Origin: an uncultured bacterium
Lineage (GTDB): Bacteria > Babelota > Babeliae > Babelales > Babelaceae
Direction: 5' to 3'
Assembly: GCA_963848965.1 (NCBI GenBank)
Contig: CAWKFG010000004.1
Location: 256,001-320,000 of the forward strand
DNA length: 64,000 bases
Shown here: positions 58,139-64,000 of the stretch, piece after piece
Layout: each line of letters opens with the position of its first letter
Position numbering within the stretch: the first letter of the stretch is position 1
Program-made: the position numbers and the translations under genes
Notes under the pieces: generated by a model
Told to the model about the DNA's origin: nothing
Databases searched by the model: none
The model's input: the letters and a program-made list of their open reading frames with translations, nothing else

Positions 58139-59359
58139 TTAATAATTAGTTAAATACTTCTTATAAAGCTTTTCTGAGTTAGTTATAAGACAATCTTCCT
58201 CAATACTATTATAGGTATCAAGTACAACTTTCTGTGGCTTTACGAGGTTAAGGTAACGATTTTTTAAATTTCTATATTCATACTGCTTAACCCACTCTCT
58301 TCCTTCTCGGGCTTTTTCAAGCCAATATTCATAGTCCTCAAAAACCTCTTTAATAGCTTTACGAGCTTCTTTGTTTGTGCAACTATAATTGTAACCACAA
58401 AATGTCTTAAAATGAACATAATGAGCTGGAGCTGAAATAGGAGCTTCAACTATCTTGACAAAGCCAGTTTCGCAAATAGTTCTATGTGCAGAGTTATTGG
58501 TAATAATACATGGTACGCCCATTGCTAACGCCTCTCGTGGCGTAATTGAAAACCCTTCACCTTTTGAAAGCAAAACATAACAGTCAACAGAGCCCATAAA
58601 TTCTAAGTACTCAGCTCTTGTGAGATTCTTATTTATAAACTCTATGTTTTTGCATTTAAGATTATCTATTTGGGTACGCACTCTTTTTTGAATTTCCTCA
58701 TTACCACATCTGCCATGTACCTTTAGCTTTACGCCGGGAACATTACCAAATTCCTGTGCAAAAGCATCAATGAGCAGTTCGTGATTTTTATTTTTTGAAT
58801 GAAAACCCGCAGACATACCAAAGGTAAAAATTTCGTTTGCTTTCTCTTTAAGAGGCTTTTCTAAAAACTCATCTAAATAAAGACCACAAGGAAGCACAAA
58901 GATAGGAATTTTTACACCTGATTTGCGATACACTTCGCAGAGAAACTTATCAGGCACTGCCACTGCATCAAACTTTTGATTCAATATTTTTACCCAATGT
59001 ATAGGAATTGCAGTAGACTCTATCATAGAAAACGCTATCTTAATTTCGCTATCAGGAACATAATCAGCAGGTGTATCGGTAACATGCCATAATACATCTA
59101 AGAAGAAGCTCACTTTCCCTGGACTTCTATCAGGATTACGCGCTACTACTTGCACCATCCACGGAACATCCTTAAAGTTAACATTCTTAGAAGTTGGTAC
59201 AAAATTCATTTTTAAATCATCTTTAAAAAGATCTATAAATGCTATAGAGGCCCTTCCTAAACCATCTGCATACAACATAGGACCTACAACTGTCACATCA
59301 TATTTTGCATAGAGCGGTAGTATCAAACTACTTAATAATAACAATTTTATCTGCTTCAT
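58139..59359 (-). CDS. GT4-like glycosyltransferase with signal peptide, paralog F
   Basis: YADGLGR, KIAFSMIESTAIP, SKGEGFSITPREALAMG. Confidence 0.85.
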   Translation of the reverse strand: MKQIKLLLLSSLILPLYAKYDVTVVGPMLYADGLGRASIAFIDLFKDDLKMNFVPTSKNVNFKDVPWMVQVVARNPDRSPGKVSFFLDVLWHVTDTPADYVPDSEIKIAFSMIESTAIPIHWVKILNQKFDAVAVPDKFLCEVYRKSGVKIPIFVLPCGLYLDEFLEKPLKEKANEIFTFGMSAGFHSKNKNHELLIDAFAQEFGNVPGVKLKVHGRCGNEEIQKRVRTQIDNLKCKNIEFINKNLTRAEYLEFMGSVDCYVLLSKGEGFSITPREALAMGVPCIITNNSAHRTICETGFVKIVEAPISAPAHYVHFKTFCGYNYSCTNKEARKAIKEVFEDYEYWLEKAREGREWVKQYEYRNLKNRYLNLVKPQKVVLDTYNSIEEDCLITNSEKLYKKYLTNY

Positions 59360-60582
59360 CTTCTCCTCTTTTGTAATGTTTTATATTTTGTATAGAGCTT
59401 TAAGCAACTTGTTTTCAAAGTGTTTCCTTCAATAGCATTCACATCAGCTAATACTATTTTTTCTGGTTTTGCTAATGTAAGATACTGAGGTTTCAAATTT
59501 TTATATAAAAATTGCTGTGCCCATTTTCTTGCTGCAGGTGCTTTTTCAAGATATGCATCATAGCTGTTGTATACCTCTCTCATCGCTTTTTGTGCGTCTT
59601 CTACAGTACAATTAAGATAATATCCTACACATTTATTAAAGCAGGTATAATACGTTTGTTCTTGTATAAGAGCAGGCACTGCTCTTACAAGTCCTGTATC
59701 ACAAATAGTTTTTTGCGCACTATTGTTAGTAATAATACATGGAATTCCTAGTGCCATAGCTTCACGCGGTGTAAGTGAAAAACCTTCTCCTTTTGAAAGT
59801 AATACATAGCAATCTAAAGACGCTAAAAAATCTCCATATTCTTTTCTTGTAAGCACTTTGTCTATAATTTCAATATTTGTAAGCTTATGACGAGCAATAA
59901 GCGTTTTTAAAGTCGCTGCATAGCCACCACGTCCTTGTAATTTTAATCTTACTCGCTCATCATTGCCAAATTCACGTGCAAATGACTCAATAAGCAGCAT
60001 ACAATTTTTTCTGTCTACAAATTCAGCAGAAACACCAAAAGTAAAGGGAACATTACGCTTTGCTTTCAAAGGCCTTTGAAAAAGATCTTCTGAGCACATA
60101 CCACAAGGAATAACAAAGATAGGAATAGTAACACCCGAATGTATGTATACTTTTTTACAAAATATATCTGGTACTACAACCGCATCTAACCGCTTATTGA
60201 GTATATCTACCCATTCACGAGGAATAGCACTGCCTTCTATCATGGAATATGCTATCTTAATATGACTATTGGGAACATAATCTGCTGGCGTTTCAAATTT
60301 ATGCCACAAAATATCGGTTAAAAGTGCTACTTTACCTGGCTGATTATCTTTCTTTACAAGAATGGTTTGCACACTCAATGGAATATCGCTCAGATCATAA
60401 TCACCAGGGGTGGGAATAACATTTATAGAAAGATCATCTTTAAGGCATTCAACAATACCAAGAGAAATACGAGAAAGACTTGCAGCAAATTTTACCTGGC
60501 CTATAACAGTAAGATCATATGCTTGAACTCCAATGCACCACTGTACAAGGAACACTACTGTCACTCTTTTACTAACTCTCAT
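59356..60582 (-). CDS. GT4-like glycosyltransferase with signal peptide, paralog G
   Basis: KIAYSMIEGSAIP, SKGEGFSLTPREAMALG; 4-nt overlap with paralog F. Confidence 0.85.
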   Translation of the reverse strand: MRVSKRVTVVFLVQWCIGVQAYDLTVIGQVKFAASLSRISLGIVECLKDDLSINVIPTPGDYDLSDIPLSVQTILVKKDNQPGKVALLTDILWHKFETPADYVPNSHIKIAYSMIEGSAIPREWVDILNKRLDAVVVPDIFCKKVYIHSGVTIPIFVIPCGMCSEDLFQRPLKAKRNVPFTFGVSAEFVDRKNCMLLIESFAREFGNDERVRLKLQGRGGYAATLKTLIARHKLTNIEIIDKVLTRKEYGDFLASLDCYVLLSKGEGFSLTPREAMALGIPCIITNNSAQKTICDTGLVRAVPALIQEQTYYTCFNKCVGYYLNCTVEDAQKAMREVYNSYDAYLEKAPAARKWAQQFLYKNLKPQYLTLAKPEKIVLADVNAIEGNTLKTSCLKLYTKYKTLQKRRR

Positions 60583-60702
60583 ACTAGTATTTCTCTCCTT
60601 ACCTACTGAGGCTTCTTCTGCAGTGTAGATGTAAATAATAGGTAGTACATGATACTATACTGAAAGATATTTTTACTGACAAGAGAATAAAACCAAAAAT
60701 AT

Positions 60703-60734
60703 AAAAAAAGAGAGCAGAAAATATCTGCTCTCTT
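60703..60734 (-). terminator. Rho-independent terminator after GT32 gene
   Basis: AAGAGAGCAGA-aaata-TCTGCTCTCTT with adjacent A-run. Confidence 0.8.
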
Positions 60735-60742
60735 ACTCTTAT

Positions 60743-61723
60743 CTATAATTCTGGTACATGAGCTTGTGGTTTACGCCAACTACCGGCCCACCAATGTATT
60801 GCAAGAGTTTCAGGTTTAGAAACTTTGCCTTTTAATACCGTTGCTATAGGATAGCCTAAGTGTTTCGCTTGATGAAAACCAAGTGGATAAAAGAATGTTG
60901 GAGGAAAGATAATATTTCTATGTTGACTCTTAACCCCATATTCCCAAACTACACCACTTAAAAATGCAGGCCCAGTTTTAAATATTATCATATTCTGTTC
61001 CTCTTGCGTTACTCCAGAGCGCAATAGAGTCCACCTATTTTTTAATTTCTTTATATAGCCTTTTACAATAGGATGACCAGGAACAGAGGCAATGAGAGCA
61101 TTATTTACAGATACTTTACGCAAATCTAGTGGCTCAAGTCCTGCATAAAAATCATATGCTTTATGTAAGGTAGTAAACATTTCAGGATTAAGGCATTCAA
61201 AGTCTACATCAACATAAAGGCCACCAAATCTTTCAAGGATCTCCATACGTGCAATATCCGAGCGTTGTCCATAGTTTTTAGATGCATCATAAATACTCTT
61301 ATTTACGAGATTGAGCTTTTCTATATCTTTATCGGTCCACAGTTTGTATTCCCATCCTGGAATTGATTGCCACGTTTGCTGCCATTTTCTATATTTCTCT
61401 GGAAAGGGACTACCAAGCCATATTTGATGCACTATAAGAGGAATACACGGTCTACTTTTAATCGTTGTATTTGTTAGCCTATTCTCTTCATAAAGATCTT
61501 TACAAAATTGATAAAATGCAGAAACTGGTTTTGGACATTCCTCTTCTTTATCTCTCCACGGTAACCTACCATATCTTAAAGAGTTTATTAATGGCCAATA
61601 AAACCTTCCAAAATATGAATCTCCTTTTCCTAAAGAGATTTCAAAAGAAGGACTGTGATCTTGCAAGCTTGCGCCTAATTCAAATGAGATACCAGTCAAA
61701 AAGACTAATAAACGTTTCTTCAT
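60743..61723 (-). CDS. GT32 (OCH1-like, DXD) glycosyltransferase with signal peptide
   Basis: IPLIVHQIWLG, SDIARMEILERFGGLYVDVD, KTGP, AIHWW. Confidence 0.9.
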   Translation of the reverse strand: MKKRLLVFLTGISFELGASLQDHSPSFEISLGKGDSYFGRFYWPLINSLRYGRLPWRDKEEECPKPVSAFYQFCKDLYEENRLTNTTIKSRPCIPLIVHQIWLGSPFPEKYRKWQQTWQSIPGWEYKLWTDKDIEKLNLVNKSIYDASKNYGQRSDIARMEILERFGGLYVDVDFECLNPEMFTTLHKAYDFYAGLEPLDLRKVSVNNALIASVPGHPIVKGYIKKLKNRWTLLRSGVTQEEQNMIIFKTGPAFLSGVVWEYGVKSQHRNIIFPPTFFYPLGFHQAKHLGYPIATVLKGKVSKPETLAIHWWAGSWRKPQAHVPEL

Positions 61724-61994
61724 GTTCTCCTTTTACTCGTTAAACCTTTCTTCGTATAAAAGCTATGTACTCCCGGATTAGTATTTTTGATTTTAACATC
61801 TTGGGCTTACTGTACCTTTAACCTTTTTACAAGGTCAAGAGATTGTTGACTTCATTGATTCTAGCAGTGTCTAAGCAATCAACAAGATACAACAATTTTT
61901 TAGGTAACGATTTACTCTATACTTTTCTTTTTCGTATCATTAGAAATACTGAAAATTCGTTTTATCTATGAAAGAGTTTACTAAGGATATAGCA

Positions 61995-64000
61995 ATGAAC
62001 AGTGTAAATCTCTATAAATACACAACTTTTTCACCACATACGTTAGAAAAAGAGTTCTCTACTTCTTTGCAAGATGGACTTTTTCAAGCAGAAGTACTTA
62101 AACGCCAACGGATTTATGGCCTTAATACTATTGAGCAAAAATCACCTTCTTGGTATAGAGTATTTTTTCGTCAGATAAATACCTCTTTTACCTACTTACT
62201 AGCACTAGCAGGTATTATCTCGTTTGCTGTCCATGATGCTACAAATGGTAGCATTATTCTGCTGACTATTGCTATCAATAGCTTCTTAGGATTTTTTCAA
62301 GAATATAAAGCAGAGCAGTCACTTAGGCTCTTGAGAAGACACCTTATAAGTAAAGTTACCGTTTTACGCAATGGCATTTTTATATCTGTTGAAAGCACTG
62401 AGCTTGTCCCTGGTGATATACTACACCTTGCAGCAGGAGACCGGATACCTGCTGACGTTCGATTCCTTACTGCTACAAGCCTTACTGTTAATGAATCTTC
62501 GCTTACTGGTGAATCTGTACCTGTACAAAAAATAGCTTCACCTCTACCAGCTTCTGCACAAACAGTCTATGAAGGGACTAATATAGGTTTCTTGGGTACT
62601 CTTGTTACTTCTGGATCAAGTACTGCACTAGTTATAACAACAGGTTCTCAAACAGTGTTTGGCTCAATAAGCACGCTTAGCTTAACAGCACAGCATACAA
62701 GTACTTTTCAAACAGATCTTGCCAAACTGAGCACATTCCTCCTTGTTACTGCTCTCATTACTATTATTGCACTTTTTGTATCACATTTTTTGCTTAAAGG
62801 CATGCATACCGATTGGGCCCAACTTCTTTTGTTTGCTCTAGCACTTACAGTAGGCCTTGCTCCTGAAGCTCTCCCTACTGTTACCACATTCGCGCTCTCA
62901 CAAGGAGCATTGCAACTTGCTCATCATAACGTTGTTGTAAGACGTCTTTCTTCTATAGAAGATCTTGGCGCTATCAATCTTTTGTGTACAGATAAAACAG
63001 GAACGCTTACAGAAAATACACTTACGGTAACAGAACTCTACCCCGTTAACAGAGCTCCTCTTCTACTGCATGCTCTTTTAGCCTCTAAAAAAGAGCATGT
63101 AACTGAACCGTTTGATCAAGCATTATGGGCAGCAGCTACAGACTCAGATAAAGAGCAAGAAAATCATTATATACGTATAAAAGAAGTTCCCTTTGATCCA
63201 CATAAACGACGCAATGTCGTTCTTGTTAAAAATGATGATTATCTTCTTATTGTACGAGGCGCCTATGAAGAGCTCATTACACATACACAACCTTTTAAAG
63301 AGCAAGAAGCTTTAGAAAAGTGGATACAATCTCAAGCTCAACAAGGAAATCGCAGTATTGCTCTTGCATATAAGCATCTTTCTACGCTCGCTGAAGATAT
63401 AGAGAAAGAGCTCTGTGACCTAACCTTTGCAGGAGTAATAGCATTTAATGATCCTATTAAATCAAGTGCTATGCATGCAGTAACTCAAGCGCAAAGATTC
63501 GGTATTATTATAAAAATGCTTACAGGAGACAGTAAAGAAGTCGCCTGTGCAGTCGCTCAGCATATTGGCCTTACTACTACGCCTGAATGTGCTCTTACAG
63601 GAGCTACGTTTGAGGGACTTTCTTCTGCTCAACAAGAACAAGCAGTGAAAGACTATACTGTATTTGCTCGTGTTACTCCTGAACAAAAATATCGCATTGT
63701 TTCTCTTTTATGCAGATATAACACAGTTGGATTTCTTGGAGAAGGTATTAATGATGCACCAGCACTTAAAAGCTCTCATGTAGCACTTGTTGTTCAGCAT
63801 GCAAGTGATCTTGCAAAAGAGAATGCAGACATTGTGCTTCTTAAAAAGAGTCTTAATGTTATTATCGAAGGAATCATTTTGGGAAGACAAATATTTTCTA
63901 ACACTACTAAATATCTCCTTGCTACCTTATCCTCTAATTTCGGCAACTCATATTCTATCGCTATTGCTTCACTTTTTGTACCTTTCTTGCCAATGCTTCC
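61995..64000 (+). CDS. P-type ATPase, MgtA/MgtB-like; runs off window
   Basis: Not in ORF track. Manual translation from ATG at 61995: LTGES, APEALP, LCTDKTGTLT (62991, in frame), MLTGD, FARVTPEQK, GEGINDAPAL, SSNFGN..FLPML. Confidence 0.88.
   Translation, partial: MNSVNLYKYTTFSPHTLEKEFSTSLQDGLFQAEVLKRQRIYGLNTIEQKSPSWYRVFFRQINTSFTYLLALAGIISFAVHDATNGSIILLTIAINSFLGFFQEYKAEQSLRLLRRHLISKVTVLRNGIFISVESTELVPGDILHLAAGDRIPADVRFLTATSLTVNESSLTGESVPVQKIASPLPASAQTVYEGTNIGFLGTLVTSGSSTALVITTGSQTVFGSISTLSLTAQHTSTFQTDLAKLSTFLLVTALITIIALFVSHFLLKGMHTDWAQLLLFALALTVGLAPEALPTVTTFALSQGALQLAHHNVVVRRLSSIEDLGAINLLCTDKTGTLTENTLTVTELYPVNRAPLLLHALLASKKEHVTEPFDQALWAAATDSDKEQENHYIRIKEVPFDPHKRRNVVLVKNDDYLLIVRGAYEELITHTQPFKEQEALEKWIQSQAQQGNRSIALAYKHLSTLAEDIEKELCDLTFAGVIAFNDPIKSSAMHAVTQAQRFGIIIKMLTGDSKEVACAVAQHIGLTTTPECALTGATFEGLSSAQQEQAVKDYTVFARVTPEQKYRIVSLLCRYNTVGFLGEGINDAPALKSSHVALVVQHASDLAKENADIVLLKKSLNVIIEGIILGRQIFSNTTKYLLATLSSNFGNSYSIAIASLFVPFLPML

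Noticed and set aside
1279..63890. Many 60-130 aa ORFs in the track overlapping longer genes (e.g. 1279-1479, 13520-13879, 16446-16841, 47325-47711, 51279-51596, 63462-63686)
   Set aside because: Antisense or off-frame shadows of well-supported CDSs with no recognisable motifs.
1..64000. tRNA, rRNA, CRISPR-Cas, prophage, retron/RT or other defence systems
   Set aside because: No supporting motifs were found by eye; small RNAs could have been missed without covariance searches.

Overview
AT-rich, gene-dense bacterial chromosome segment. The gene set (ankyrin proteins, many signal-peptide-bearing eukaryote-like enzymes, salvage transporters, type IV pilin, fused ATP synthase c subunit) suggests an intracellular parasite of protists, most likely Ca. 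Dependentiae/Babeliae (TM6); this taxonomy is inference. Housekeeping genes include a partial BamA-family gene, acyP, gltX, rpsU, rbfA, prepilin peptidase, folC-like, atpI/atpB/atpE, putP, cysK-like, uppS, gpsA, rnpB, PBP1A, murG, dciA-like and a partial MgtA-like ATPase. Most notable: (1) a 406-nt GC-rich inverted doublet at 12412-12817. It consists of two diverged copies of a cassette of GNA-loop DNA hairpins with compensatory changes, and sits on a sharp local C-rich to G-rich skew flip (candidate ssDNA priming/origin element). (2) A secreted-looking bacterial homolog of mitochondrial ATAD3. (3) An ~18-kb cluster of 15 glycan-modifying enzymes (7 GT4-like, 3 GT32, 2 sulfotransferases, 3 methyltransferases including plant-type DUF579), all with N-terminal signal or anchor sequences and with evidence of recent gene conversion. 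(4) A four-hairpin ATP synthase c subunit. (5) An unidentified ~290-nt structured intergenic RNA candidate. No tRNA, rRNA, CRISPR array or transposase was seen. All family calls come from motif recognition by eye; no searches were run.
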